Source of the DNA: Eledone cirrhosa
Lineage: Eukaryota
DNA length: 64,000 nt
Direction: 5' to 3'
Assembly: GCA_964016885.1 (NCBI GenBank)
Contig: OZ024745.1
Location: 38,750,001 to 38,814,000 of the forward strand
Positions 42,400-57,599 of this stretch are shown one piece after another (the first letter of the stretch is position 1; each line of letters starts with the position of its first letter). The notes under the pieces are model-generated. The model was not told the DNA's origin and did no database searches. It saw nothing but the letters and a program-made list of their open reading frames with translations. Both the position numbers and the translations under genes were made by a program.

Positions 42400-43320
42400 G
42401 TTTATCTCGAACAACTTATTACTTATATAGGACGGAACCGACTATCAAATAAGTCCATCTTAAAATTCGCAATTTTCCTCTCAAATGTATTTTTGTTAGT
42501 TCTCTTTTCAAATGTTTTACACAAATACCCACAATGTATCATCTGGTACCTTCATGTAACGCCTTTAATGTTTTCTTAATGTGAGAACTGTTAGTTGTAA
42601 GAAATGTATACCTACGTTGGCTTCACAGTCAGATAGTAGTTTTGTGTGAAACATGATCTGTCTATTCCGTTTGTTACTTTTGTTTTAGTTGTTAAAATTT
42701 GTGTACATGTAATCCTATCTTTGAAGCCACTATCAAATAGTGCTTTATTATATTATGGGGCGGCCTTATCAAATAGTTTATTTAAGGAAGATGAATTTCA
42801 GATCCTATAACTAATTTCAGTGACCAGCTTTTTAAATGCAAAAACGATGTGGCAAAGCTCTCTGTTGATATATTTTATATTTAGGTGGATTTATCGTAGG
42901 TTACATAGGTACCTCTGGCGAAATAAAATTAATGTCTCAGAAAATCGCTTTGGCTCTTTGTGTATACGGTTATATTGAGGGTTAATTAAATTAAGATCTG
43001 TATTTGGTTCTTACATAACTTATCTAAGGAATGGCCATCCGTATTATGGGAGACTGTGGACAATATAAACAGTTTAAAATAGGATCCTTTAAGTAATGTA
43101 AACACCTCATCTAAATTGCTCGCCACCTTAATTATAAAGCAAATGCACGAAATATAATACATATCAATACGTTTACCTCAGATAGGCCTTCAATTACCAG
43201 TCTCGTGTGTATTAAGTCATACATTTGAAGTTTTTTTACAAAAAACCATCAATACTGTTTCATAATCTGCTCATTCTGATAGACCTCATGAGTTTTCATA
43301 AGAAATGTACATATATATTT
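42400..43320 (-). mobile_element. Decayed Penelope-like (Naiad-type) RT/thumb fragment
   Basis: Minus strand near 42720-42900 reads YINRE..FKKLVTEISYRI*NSSS..LFDKAAP*YNKALFDSGF, homologous to the region just upstream of the 27481 fragment. Confidence 0.65.
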
Positions 43321-46103
43321 TATTCATGTCAAAAAATTCCAGTTCATACTGTTTCACTTTTATGTTCCATCTCTGTGTTTAAAACTACTACATGCACGAC
43401 TACCCTCTTTGCTTCATGCAACTCATAATGATGTTAATCACAATGGAAACAATTACTACTTTATTTTCTGTAATTTTACATCTCTCTAACTCGTTTTCAT
43501 TCTTTCATCACTTTGAATTTTTTAAACATCACACAATAGGATGTTGAATCTAGTAACTCTAGTTTGTTTTGGAGAGGCAAGAAGCCAATATTTTCATTGT
43601 ATGATCAAATGAATTGGCCATTATGGCATGGTCCATTAAATTGACTGCAATAATCGTACTATAAAATAAACGAATGCAAAGCGATATCGACCGAAGGTAA
43701 ATTAGAACGCACAGTATTATAATATAATCAGATAGTGTTAAACTTTTCCTCTGGTGCGTTTGTTAGTATTTCATTGTTTCGTCTGAAGACTGGGGTGATG
43801 TGGATGATTGATTTGGTTGAACGTCACCAAGCCTTGTGATATTTAGCAACGTCATGCTACTTTCCGATTTCAAATCCTGCTGGTTCTTTTTTGAAATTTA
43901 TCTATCCGGTTTAACAAAAATGAACACCGGCTCGAATTCCCGTTGCCAGATATCTGATCTGAAATTTAAAGAAATAGACCTACTCAGGTTCCAATAATGC
44001 TTATTCAATAGATTCGTTCCACGTTAGTGCCTGTCTAACATGAGAGACATATAAGAACACAGCTGCACATTTTCTATACTCTTGCCTTGGCCAATTAGAG
44101 AATATAACGGTAATTGCGTTGTAATGAGGAAGGAATAAAAGATTGCTGACTTGCCTTATTCAGAGTTTACTATTTCTAAAAGAACCCACACTTATGCAAA
44201 AGAAAAATGTACTGATATTTGCGATGGAAAATGCTTTATATTGAATAGGTTAAATAATATATATATATATGAGGGGCTATCACAATTATAAGGGAGATAC
44301 GTGATACAATTTTACAACATATGTTCATTAACTGCTTCTTCTTTTATGTCACATTTTTATGCATATCAATTAAATAATTGTAATTCACATATTATAAAAA
44401 GGGCATTAGAACGTTATGATATTCGTAATAGTATTTCTCCATTCAACGTCCATTAAAATAATATACTTTCATTATTAATGAATTGCAATTGAGGTTTCAA
44501 ACATTATCAATCTTATATCGTAAATTTCAAAAGTTATATTTTATGAATAGAAGCAATCAATATAATGAAAAAAAATCATTGATATAAAAGTATATCATTT
44601 TTTATTGTCTCCGGTCCCTAATAATGATGTGCTCGTTAACGAAATCCTTATATTATTTAACGATAAATAATATGAAATTGACGGCGTACTCAATGTTTCA
44701 ACTTTATCAATTAAAAAAAAGCACCAACTAATTCTCCTGTGTATGTTATAGAATGTTATCTATAAAACGAGCGGAGAAAAACAAGCTATTACTTCAATTT
44801 TTATCATAAGCTGTTTGATTTGTAATTCAATGTGGCTATTATATTTATATATCTGTGTCTAGATGAATGAGACAACCTACCTAGCCTTATTTAAACTGTG
44901 GAGAATTTAAGCCGTTGTCCATGAAAATAATGCAAATGGATTTAGATTAAACATTTCTGTGCAGCCGCCTTCTTTCCAACTCATCATAATTATGTTGTAG
45001 CTTGGGAGTTGTTTACTGTTATCGTTTCAGTTTTGTTGTGTGAGCGACATTTGATAGAAGAAACAACGTTCACAGACACCCACTCATGTGATCGATAACA
45101 TAACTAACAGATGTAATATAAATATGTATTGGGTCAATATTATTTTTTAATCAACTTAGGGTGGAGTACCTGCACGATCATATTATAAAAATATAATGGG
45201 TAAAAGGACAAAATAAATGTCTCAAGATGCATCATTGAACACCATTAAATATAATACATTCATAATATCATCGTCGATATATTGTTCTGTTATTTCCTCG
45301 CAAATATAATCTTTCTATTGTCAAGGCGAGTATATTTCTTCGAAACAAAATTACATAGCCACTAAGAAATATTTGAAGTCTGATATACCAAATAATTTGT
45401 GTAGGAATTTGTAATTTGACAGAGGAATATATCAGATGCAGCAATTATTGTATCGTTATATATTATTATGTATGTAATTATCGTTTAATATTCACAACAG
45501 ACTTTGTGTAGCAATTTATTTTCTATATATTTAACGCACACTCTGGGAGTAAAGGGGAACATACATGACACAATCATTTTTCGTAGTCTCTAAAACAACT
45601 GGGATGGTGAAGAATATGAACAACCCAGATGATGGAGCCAAATGCTTGCAACTGTGTGACGATTTCTAAAGGAACCACATGGAGATTTAGTGTTGAACAG
45701 AGTGATGTTTGCATTCTCAAACAAAAAATCTCTCCACATAAACCTCTTATCAGATTCTAAAAATATTCTGCCCTCTACTAATCCTAACTGATTTTACCAA
45801 CATGAAATGCATGAAAAGTACCTTCAAACCAGGCGAGACTTGAACTCCCAAATACAGAGTCAAAGAGCAAATAAAGTAGAGCATCATTCTACGCTCCATC
45901 AACGCAGCCCCTTGACTACACCTCCTCCACATTTTATTCATGTCTATTTAGTCAAAAGTATTATTTAAACAGAGTGGACAGGGTTCCAAACATATTTGCC
46001 ATACTCACAATCATGTCTCCTGCATTGAAAATGGCCATTTTCACACGCACACACGCACACGCGCATACATATAAACAGACATACACACACATACAAGCGC
46101 GCG

Positions 46104-46143
<40 letters not shown>

Positions 46144-46285
46144 GTTATGTAATAAACAGCATAATGAATAATGATAAATTATGTTGTTTATTACATAACT
46201 ATTAAGCTCTGTAACCTACATAGACCACTCTTTTTTCCTGGATCTTTCCAACGGAATTACTTCACACGCACACACACACACACAC

Positions 46286-46376
<91 letters not shown>

Positions 46377-46693
46377 AAGAAGCATTTGTTTATTGTAATT
46401 TATAGTCACTCAGTTATGTGTAAAGTATAATATAAATACATACACCAATGGATGAAACCTTTTTATTCTTCTAACAATATATATTTCTCTGTGGAAAATT
46501 ATTACTTGAATCATATACATTCTGTATAGGTATTCACTTTGATGTTACTATAGATGAATGTATCAAAAACGAGTGAAGAATTTCAAATATTCTCCTCGTC
46601 ACTAACAAATAGGACTCGCTCGTAGAAATTCACCCTACATTAATACCTACCTATCTGTCTAGCTGCGCCTACCCTTGCACTCTCTCTGTCTGT

Positions 46694-46804
<111 letters not shown>

Positions 46805-48936
46805 TTATCCAACCATCGTTCCATGTATCTATCAATTTTGTTATTTACAAATCTGTGTTGCGTCATCTATTTCGATTTCGCGACCTCATGTGGGTAGTTT
46901 AAGGCCAGAGGGAGCATGACAGTTCCAGTACGATGCAATAGGGACGCAATTGATTGGTTTCCATTACATCTCTGTTCTATAGGACGACTATGATGAAGTT
47001 ATACTATTTTTCCACTGGGAATTTTTCGAATCAGTGGTAATCAGATATATTCATTCATACTTAAGCACAAAGGAAATTATTCTACCCTCTAGCAAATCTG
47101 CCACAACATCCATCATGGGGTCTAATTTTGTAGCAACATTAAATTAATATAATCTAACGCCCTATTTCACTGCTTTACTAAACGCACAGCAGCATTGGCA
47201 GTTATTTTTATAAAAATGAATGATGATAAATTATTATATTGCGTAGCATGATTCTACACATATTTCTGTATCTCAATCAATTTCTCATTAGGACATACAC
47301 AATTATTTCATATAATTACTGGACAATGCTGCGTTATTTCAGTATCTGACTTGTTTGTTGAAGAAACTTTTCGGGAATATGCAACAGTAAAAATCTATTG
47401 TAAATCAACGTGAAAACCCGTGTTCTGAAAACTGTTGAAAGTATTAAATATCGTGCAAAATTGTTTAGATAATAAATGGGTGTAAGGAAAAACAGTACAG
47501 GATAAGTAAAAACCAGCGATAAAAGCTATTAAACTATTAGAGGAGGACTAATAATATTTTCACTGCATATATACGAGTAAAATTGGCAAGGAGAAGCATT
47601 TACTCATTATTGAAAGCAATGATTGTCCATGAGCCACAACCACAAAAATTCACCTGATGAATTTTTTGCTAAATTTGAGCTTCTATGTGATTGATTGCTC
47701 TTTTAAATATCTACGGAATCACATCCATGTCACGGTTTATATTTTAAAACCTGGAAACTTTTGAAAATATAATAAGGATGCCGTGAAATGCTAAGTAATT
47801 AATACTTACGTCATGGGGAGAAAAGCAAACCATTACCTCTATAACTAACATTAAGTTACCTTAGACTTGGAATGTATCCGAAAAGAACAAACTCAAAACA
47901 AAACAAACAAAACAAAACAAGGGCAGAGTAATATATATTTAGGAATGACGAAACGACACATTATTGACAGATCTGAAATTAGTTGAGGTATTATATGTTG
48001 GTAGCAAATACATATAGGAAGGCTTTAAGTATTAGGATTAGCTAATGTACGGCACCAACATATTAGTGGGCTTGGTTGTCATTTGTCTTTTTTTAAAAAA
48101 TATGTTCCTTATTTTGTGTTAAATATTATGCCGATTAGAATTCTGTTGATGGCATCTGGAAGTTTCACCTATATATGCTAACATGAGACACTTGTCAAAT
48201 TATATGTATTTCCTGCATTTATTTCTTTTTTGTCAAGGTGGTCAAGCGGTACAACAACTGAAAGTCGCGAACATTGATTACTGTTAAAATTCATTTTAGA
48301 GAGCCTTAATTTCATGTTTAATTTTAGCTTATCGTAAACATAAATTTAGATAATAAAACGTCTTCATATATAGCAATAATATCTACAATGAGTTCAGTGA
48401 AGCAGAATTCATATTCCCGACCTTGTCCTTATTAGCTCGTTGCCGTCACGTATATAAACCACGCAACGATGTAAGCGAGCCTTTCAGTTTTTTTTGTATC
48501 CACATGTACATTTCAAAATATTTGGTTTCGGTCATATTTTCATTTTAAAGCAGTGCCTCAGTTACATTTATGATTCTTGTTGCGATGAACAAATACACCC
48601 ACACCCACACACAGATACACGCTAAAGCATGCACATACAATCACATACCCAAAAACACATGCACTGTGTCATAACGTGTATCATTCAAAGCTGCGTTAAG
48701 TTTACATGTATCAATGGAATACTCAGCCACAGGCACACTAATTCCATCGATTGACTCTTCCATAGGAGGAATAGCTGGTACACGCATTGTTCGTATCTCG
48801 TGGAAGTCCATTATTCAATGTTTAAATGGGCGGCAGATGATACAATGTGTTTCTCGGAAGAATCGACAATATGCCGGAGACACCAGAATTAGAGAACTAT
48901 ATACAACAATAGTAACGGGCAATCATCTTCATTTTG

Positions 48937-48993
<57 letters not shown>

Positions 48994-50170
48994 TGTATGT
49001 GTTTATGTGTGTGTGTGTGTGTGTCTATGTGTGTGTGTGTGTATGTGAGTCGGTGTATCTGGGCATGTGTGTGTGTGTGTGTGTGTGTATGTATATAAGT
49101 ACTCATTTACTCTTTTCAGTCATTAGATATATATACACAGAGTTAGTGAAAAGGAGAGAAATATGGGTGGGGAATAGTGATTGCCGTTCTCAATATAATA
49201 ACAATGCTTGCATTGTGAATTCTAATGAGTGCATCATTCCTACTGTGCTTTATATTTCTTTTCGTTATTCATTATTTGATATGATTTTTTTCATGTTTGA
49301 TATGAGAATATTACAGAAAGAACACTGGAGCAACATTTAATTGTCTGGTTCTGTCTCCGTTTTCCTTTGTGTGTGTGTATATGCTAGTTCTAGCTTTCAT
49401 CACTGAATAGTAGAACTATGTTGTTTTAAACTATCCTGGTTTTGAGAAAATCTGAAATTAATTCTGTGTCTATTGTAAATGCGGTAGTAGTATCGATGAT
49501 GAATGAATAGCTCGGATCACGTAAAATATTATCGGTTGTTGGTTGGAAATAAGGCGACATCATTTTTGAATGCTTCATTATGGATATGTGAATAGAAGGT
49601 GATTTGGTTTTGTATGAAGATGAAAATATGTGTATTTATTGCGGATAGCAGTTCTAGAAAATTCATGCAATATGGAAAAATACAATTGCTTTTCTTTAGA
49701 GATTTGCTGATATTCCATGAAGTAAAGTTTTGTCGCCACACTTGTTTTATACCGTATGTTTTCCGCCAAATGTGTTCCGAAGTCTGTGAAAATATCTTGA
49801 AATAAATCTTTTAAATATGTCTTTTGACTAGAAGTAAAAAAAGAATATGAGAAAATACAGGCTGAATAGCAGCCATCCTAAACTAATTTAGTGTACATAT
49901 TGCCGATCACCAACAATAAAATCGTTGTAGCTAGGTTTATAGGGATTAAACTGACAATAATAAGCAAACATGCATAATACATCTGTAAGCTAGCTTATGA
50001 TATCATTATACGAATATTAATTAATTTTGGTGTAGACAACGTCTGATGGGTTTCATGAAAATTAAATCTTACTGGAGATGTCAACCATAATTTCCAAGAT
50101 TAAGGTAAACTATTGTTAGCTGTAGGGTTACATTTATGACTTCCTCTCCATGGCGTCAGTATTAATTACA

Positions 50171-50341
50171 TTGGCAGTATTGGTAGAGGGTCGGACGCCA
50201 TGCTTTGACGCATAGAGTTACGCCCCTTGCCATTCTGAGTTCAAATTCCGCCGAGGTTAACTTTGCCTTTCATCCTTACGGGGTCGATAAAATAAAGCAC
50301 TGGGTAATTGCTGTCCTTGTGCCAAAAGTAGAAACAATTAT
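50171..50341 (+). mobile_element. tRNA-derived Nin-core SINE
   Basis: A box, B box, core and tail of the same family. Confidence 0.9.
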
Positions 50342-52038
50342 TATGGCATTGATATTTTTACCCATGTTTGAAAATATAGACTTATTTGAGTAGGATTCAG
50401 TAGATAATATCTAAAGGAACAAACAATCACATAGAAATTTAAATTTAGCTCAAATTTTACCATATGTGTTATTGTGCTTGTTGGTGTTGTGCTATCATTG
50501 TTTTCAATATTTTGTAAATCCATTTCCTGGCGGTATTACAAATGCCGTTGAAAAAGCACTGTCAATATAACATTCCTGTTTTTCTATCTCCAAAATCATT
50601 TGGGTTGTGCGTTCGGTTAAACAGCAAGATCCTTGTTTTGTTTAGGATCCCCGTTTTAAATATTGCACCTTTATGTTTATAATCCGTCTGGTTCAACCAC
50701 ATATTAGTTACAAACACAGCAGTGTTGTAATATTGTTTGACTTGAAACACATCTCATGGAATGTGTTGTTATCTGGCTATTTCTTCAAGTAAACTATGGA
50801 AGTAATGTTCCTCAATTATATTAAAATTTTCTCGTTAAGATTCCGTCATAGACTCGGTTTTCTGTAAAACATAAGCGTTATCGTTTCGGGGCATCATTTA
50901 CCAGTGATTTTAGATTACTATAACTTTATATCACTTACGTATTGTCTGCATGTAGGTGAAGAAGAAATTACACAATGATCATTACACATGTAATTATATA
51001 TATATAATCAAGAGGGTCTTATATATAAAGTATTCCTTTAATGTACACTCTTTAGCAAACTAAACAATAGTTATTCAAAGGAAATACTAAATATTATTTA
51101 GAATGTACTCAATTTCAAATCTAAAACGGAATTAACTTGTCATTGTAAATTTGCTTTAATGATAGATATGATATTGTTCATGGTATTGAACTATTGTTTA
51201 ATTGAGATTTCTCATCATATATTCTGGCAATTAATTCCGTTAGGATTAAATTGATAATAATCTTTTCATTTATAGGATTTATTGCGGAGAATACACAAGG
51301 ATAATTGTTAATCTGGTCATTCACCCACCTACGTATAATATCAGATTTTCTTAAAATCATACAGCACCTGTCTGAAAATATGGAACGAAGCATTGAACAA
51401 TACGAACATTTACATAACAATGGCACGACTAATGTGCCTGCAACACCTTTGATCATAGGAATACCGCCCCCACAAAATATAACAACAATAACAACTCATC
51501 TGTTATGACAGTTATACATGATTATCATTGCCATTTTCGTTGTTTCGATATAATGTGGTTCTAATCCAGGGGATCGATGATCGAAGTCATTCTAGCCATG
51601 CCCTTCCATTCCTTTCCAGTTAGTTGACACAGCTAGAATATTCAGTACACCATCAGTGTCCTTCATATTTGACAATAGCATTGTGTGATTCGGAAGATAT
51701 TTCGTGTCCTGACCGTGCAGAAAATACCGCTGCTATACAACGTATATGTTTCTTATAGCTTGTCAGTAACGGTTTTAACAATTGTCAAAAAATCTGTTTC
51801 CTGTAACGTAACTCCTTGGATTATTTGCTCCTATAGTGAATATAAAACGTAGTTAGCATACAAATATAATGAGAAATTTAGGTATAACAGAAAAATGAAA
51901 ATGAAATGATAATTAGTTAGATAATTACTTCTAAATTAGAGCTTGTCTGAATGATTGCAACAACAGGCAGGAAACTCTGCACAAGACCCCCAAGTGGCGG
52001 ATTAAGCGAGTGAAGAAATAAGGATGTCAATAACTTAC

Positions 52039-52230
52039 CTCTGCAACAAATGCTCTGTCTGCTATAGTGTGTTCAGAACCTCGTTCATCTTTACTACCAA
52101 AATGGACTTTTAGATTCGCTGCTCGATATGTATATGATAGCGGACCCATACTAATATTGACTCCCCATCGATTGGTTTGGTCTACTTCAAATGTCAGATC
52201 ATGACCATTGTTAACAAGTGAGCCAACGAC
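52039..52230 (-). CDS. Exon of a carbonic anhydrase-related protein (CA10/CA11-like), 64 codons, phase 0/0
   Basis: ttaatttacag|VVGSLVNNGHDLTFEVDQTNRWGVNISMGPLSYTYRAANLKVHFGSKDERGSEHTIADRAFVAE|gtaagt; alpha-CA NNGH and GSEH motifs, and the CARP-type VNIS.GP.SY..R.....HFGS. Confidence 0.93.
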
Positions 52231-53591
52231 CTGTAAATTAAAGTAAATAAATAGCATTTAAAAAAAGTATAATTTATGATTTGTAAGTTGCCAATAGCTC
52301 TTAACGAAAGATACCGTGCGGTTACCATCAAGTTGAAATTAAAGCTAAGCCGTCTAATATAATCTAATGCATTAACTCGAATACGTATATGACCAGAGTT
52401 TGCGGAAACACATATCAAACATTATATTTATGCTTTTGGATAAATTTGTCTATCGTGAGGTTTAGAAATATGCCCGAAGTTTCAGTATTGTTTGATCTGC
52501 TGAAGAAATATATATCTTTTCAGGTGAGATGTTTAGAATTATTTAAATTTGTATAATACTAGCCTATAACACATTTTAAATCTAAATATATTTGTATAAT
52601 ACCGCGCTTAGTGAAAATATATGGGGGAACAATAGCGAATATAAAAGTATCAGTGTTTCAGTAGAGTCAGCTAACAATGTATGCGTGTAGATGTGATCAT
52701 ATTATCAATCATTGTACGGATGTTTAATTAGCTCTCAATGGACACAGGTGGCGCGACGTAATTTTTTGTATTAAAGTGGAAATAATACTATAAATATTTA
52801 GGTAATTAATTGTGTAATTAAGCAACAAGTCTTAGTATGTGTGTCTTGGTAGATAAATGCTTGGCCATGTACTATCTCTAGGTGCAGTAGAAATACGGAA
52901 TAGAGAACGATACTTTAAATGGTGTTTAGTGTTCTCTATGTTAAATAGATAGCAAAGTTTTTGAAATAAATTTAGCAGAACTTCACATAAAATATTGCGT
53001 TTCTGTGAAGTGAGATGTCCGTGTCGTTATATTTATGGTGTCTGGTACGAGGAGACGGGTATCTTACCTGGGACAAAAGCGTGTGTATTAGGTAACCCTG
53101 GGTGACTGAGAACAAGTGAATATATATATGAGAGGGCGTGAAGTATGTTTCTTCGATTAAGCCAGCTGATATCATTCCAACTCAACTAAGTGATTCTAGA
53201 ATCCACTCCTCAGATCATCCATATTTAGTTGATTTATAAGCACTCCCTTAAAAAACAAATCCCGAAGTCTCATTACATATCATTTGAGTTATTCTGGCTC
53301 AGTCTACTTCGAATTCATCGAAATGTGTGTTGTTTCGTATCATGAATTCAATAATATCCGAACTTCATATGATGTACGTTGTAGTCATTTAACTTATAAC
53401 ATTGTATATCTCCAGTTTTTCCTATTCAGTTTCACTTGATATTAAAATCGAGTGTTTTTTATAGATATGTATAGTCGTTGCACGTCTTAGAATTTCTATA
53501 AAGTTCTCATATATATATAGTTTCCAATATTTTCTAAAGACAAGCATTGACTTTCCCACTGTTTAATTAACTATTATTATTATCCATGTTG

Positions 53592-53775
53592 TGGATTGGC
53601 AGTATCGGTAGAGGGTCGACGCCATGCTTTGCAGCAAAAGTTACGGCCCTTTATGGTCTGAGTTCAAATCCCGCCGAGGTTACCTTTGCCTTTCATCCTT
53701 ATGGGGTCAATAAAATAAAATACCAGTAATACACTGGGATAATTGCTGGCCTTGTGCCAAAAGTAGAAACAATTA
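53592..53775 (+). mobile_element. tRNA-derived Nin-core SINE, full length
   Basis: A box, B box, core and tail of the same family. Confidence 0.9.
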
Positions 53776-54425
53776 TTATTTATGTTGTGATCTTTCACCG
53801 CAATCATTACAGCTATCATTGGTTATTTTTTGTGTGTTTTTATTTCGTCTCTCTCAGGCATTCTTAACGTTTGAAGTTAGAGAAATATTTCACTGGTTTT
53901 GGATAGAAATAGGCTGCGAAAAACCTACAAACACAACCTTGTGAATAAGATATATATATATATATATATATCTTTCATTTTCTATCTTAACATTCTTCAT
54001 CTGTCCCTACTGATTATGCTTTCTAATGTTAAGCAATTTGACCTTATATATGGAAAAAAGTTATTTTCTTTCGCTTTTTTTTTAATTTTTAGATGACATA
54101 GTTTATGTTCCATGTGATACAGTTATTATATTCTAAATGTATATATTTTGTGAAACTAAATATATTTATATAATTATAAATAAAGAGAATCAGTTAAGTG
54201 GGATACTTGTTAGAATGACATGAACAATATTTGACTTACATTTATTACACGAATTTGCATTCTACGTTCAAATCAGACTGGACCTATATTGCTTTTCATT
54301 AGTTCGAAGTCGATAAATGAAACATAGATCAATGAGTGGATAATACTCGTGCATGTAATCCCTCGGTATGGCTACTGATTAAGGGATGACACACGTAAAA
54401 TGTATGTATAAGTGAATCCACGAAC

Positions 54426-54512
<87 letters not shown>

Positions 54513-55149
54513 TTATTTATAACTGTAAATGCAAAACATTAAAGCCGTAATTATGAAAGCGCGCAGTGCAGCAAACAAAGAGAAAGGTATATTCAATAAA
54601 AGAAAGACCATTGATAGATGCTTATTTTCAGTACTTGTTGGTAGGTAAGTGGAATCTTCAACTGCTGTGTTTCGGACACTGGTGATAAGCACCCTGTAGA
54701 AACACATTGCTAGCAAATCGAGTACATATACCAGCATATTAAACACCATGCGATTGTCAATTACAAGGGACGAATATTTTTATATGACAAGACATGATGC
54801 TACAAATGAAACTTCAAAGAAATCCAGAATCCGTACTACGAGAATAAATATTCCTGGTGTGTTTTTTGGGGTGGTTTTTCATATATATCTCCTGATATAT
54901 ATTATTATTTAAATTAATACAAAATATGTATGTTCAGATCGTTAGAGAGTTGGACCACCAGAGAGATCCCTGCGAGCTAGCTTGATTATATCAGACTTCT
55001 TCTTCTTTAGAACAATCACTCTTGTATCTATCTATGAACTTTGGGATTATCAATCCCGATTGCTATTGCTTAGGTGCATCTCAAGAGATTCACGCTACCA
55101 AACATACATGAGTCAGCCAGAGAATACCTTCTCTATTTAAGGTTTTTAA

Positions 55150-55670
55150 TATCTCGGGCCATATTTCATCTTCCCAATTAACCTTGCCAAATTTGAGCTC
55201 TTTAACTGCTCCTGTGCCTCAGCCTCCAATATATTAGTTACCACTCCTTGGTGCACTTCATGTACGTCAGAAATTGTTGTGTTCGAGTTTAAGAGATTAG
55301 AAAAATATTCTCTTCACCTCGTGAGGATGCATCTTTCTGAAAAGAGGAGAACCCCAGATACTTTCCTGGTAGTCTGTGCTGGGGAGGCCTTTTTTGATCA
55401 TGAAGTCAGTGGATGGTCTGCCAGAACAATTTATTTGCTGATCTGAAGTGGGATTTCAGCTTAAACCCAAAGCCCTTCCATATCTTAACTTTGAACGCTT
55501 TTACTGTCTCTGCTGCGATTCCCCGTGCAGGCTTGCACTGTACGTGCAAAAAGGAAGACTTATTTCCAAACCATGTTTTGTAGTCAACCTTCTTTGCTCG
55601 GAGGGCATGTTTGACTTCTTGATTGAACGAATGACTCCTTCTGCTCCCCGGCAACATATCATTCATCGCA
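55150..55670 (-). mobile_element. Decayed RTE-clade LINE fragment (EN-RT linker)
   Basis: EVKHALRAKK..AAETVKAFKVKIWKGFGFKLKSHFRSANKLFWQTI..ILTR*REYFSNLLN. Confidence 0.75.
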
Positions 55671-57599
55671 TTTAAAATTGAATGTAACAGCTTAAAGCGA
55701 TATGTTTATTTCATTATAATATATATATATATATATATATTCTATTAATTATATTATGTTTATATATTTTTACATCGTATGTATCTTTCATCTATTTATT
55801 TAATTAACTGAACGTTGTTTCCTTCTATTTTTGTTTGCATACAACTATCAATGCAGCACAACTACTACTGTTCATACATTGATTTTATGAGCTCAACTAG
55901 AATACATAATGTAAAACCGAAGCCGTTATCTGGGGTAGAGGAAAGGAATAAAACTGTGTTTTCGATATATAACCATGCTTAAGCATATGTTGACGTTGCA
56001 CATTTGATACGTTGTGAGACGGCACAATCAGAATATGTATAGAGACTGTCCTGTATGGTGACGCTAAAACTACTATTAATAAGTATACTTCCAGACAATT
56101 AATCAAGCATTCAGAAAATTATGACACTTACACCTGCATACAGTGCGGCAAATAAAAGTTACACTGTACGCAATAAATATATGAGAACAATATCACTTAT
56201 ACCAAAAGTATTAGCATGATTTAGGCATTAAAAAATGGGTGAGATTTTGATATCACAAACGTTGAGAATTACCCATGCAATTAAAATGGAGTTTCAAGCA
56301 CTCTTGTGTAACATCACTTAACTGGAGCATGCCATACAGAAACGTTGGCTGATAATCAAAACCAACCATTTTTGTGAACCTGTGGAATTTTACACTTGTC
56401 TAGAGGCTCGAGGGCTAATTGACACCAGAAATAATAGGATCATAGTGAAACTTATTGTGTTTCCGTTTGTAATGTAACGTATGTAGTATGTACATCTTTA
56501 AATATTTATCATTATAATATGTATATTTTTATTAAATTATGCAGTTTACTTCATATAACATAATGATGTCGAGGGAGAATGGCGAAGTAATTATAAGAAG
56601 TATGTGTAAGACCCAAAGAATTAAAGTATCTTTATTTCATATAATGAATACTTAGATTAAGCAATCGGTCCGTATATTATCATGGGCCTAAGGTAAGTAT
56701 GTAATACTGCAGTATAGGAAATAGCTTTATAATTTCATTGTGACAGATAATATGAATTATATAATTGTTTCCCATGTCATGTAATTTTGCAGGTTCAAGA
56801 ACATGTAGCGGAGAAAACATAACAAGGTGTAATATACAAACGTGAAACATATGTACTCTTATGGATATATGTAAATTAGGCAAACATAGCATTGCGAAAC
56901 TGTTTGAAATACTTCGATTCGATGCCCCAAAACTCTGTCACAGTTGAGATTACTTATTCCTTTATCAATTTAAAATTAGTTTTATTTCAGGTAATACAGG
57001 TGTCTTCGTATAACCATAAGAAATACATATAAAAGTTATATTAATTAATTATAAATAAAAATATAGTGCCAATAATTCCACGGAGAAACTGTGAAACTGT
57101 AAACAGAGGAAGAAGGATTAATTTGGTTGCTGCATGATGGGAGAATTCCCGATAATATTTTCAGACTGAAGACCTAATCGGAATATTTCTGAAGAAGGGG
57201 ACTCCACTGTATACACCCATATTAAATTAACTGGACATAAGACTGAAAATCAAATAAACCATTGAAATGATTGCTTACAATTATTGTTTTTTATAACCAG
57301 TGTTGTACACATTTTGCATCTTTATAAACTTAGGTTTCAACTAAACAAATACATTGTACAAATATTTAGAAAAACATTGAAATTCATATCGCTCATCTTA
57401 ATATATACAACATCCAAACATATTTAAAGAGCAGATGTATAGAAGGATTCAAAGGTACTTAAATATTTAATAAGATATAAAATTCAAGTATCAGGATAGG
57501 CACATTCAGTGTATATATTCGTCACATATTTGCGTCATGTAAACTATGGGGTGATTAAATATTTAGTGACAGCATATCGCATGTTGACAGTATAGTTAT

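Noticed and set aside
50520-51520. Short ORFs that might be another decayed element
   Set aside because: No motif I can identify with confidence
53083-53130. Strong minus-strand donor (CCAG/GTAAGA) after ..AFVP as a possible upstream CARP exon
   Set aside because: No convincing homology, and the expected intervening FWG..QSP exon is not seen between it and 52230
56875-56945. Minus-strand EFWGI resembling the CARP FWG motif
   Set aside because: Not followed by the C..G..QSP motif and ends in a stop
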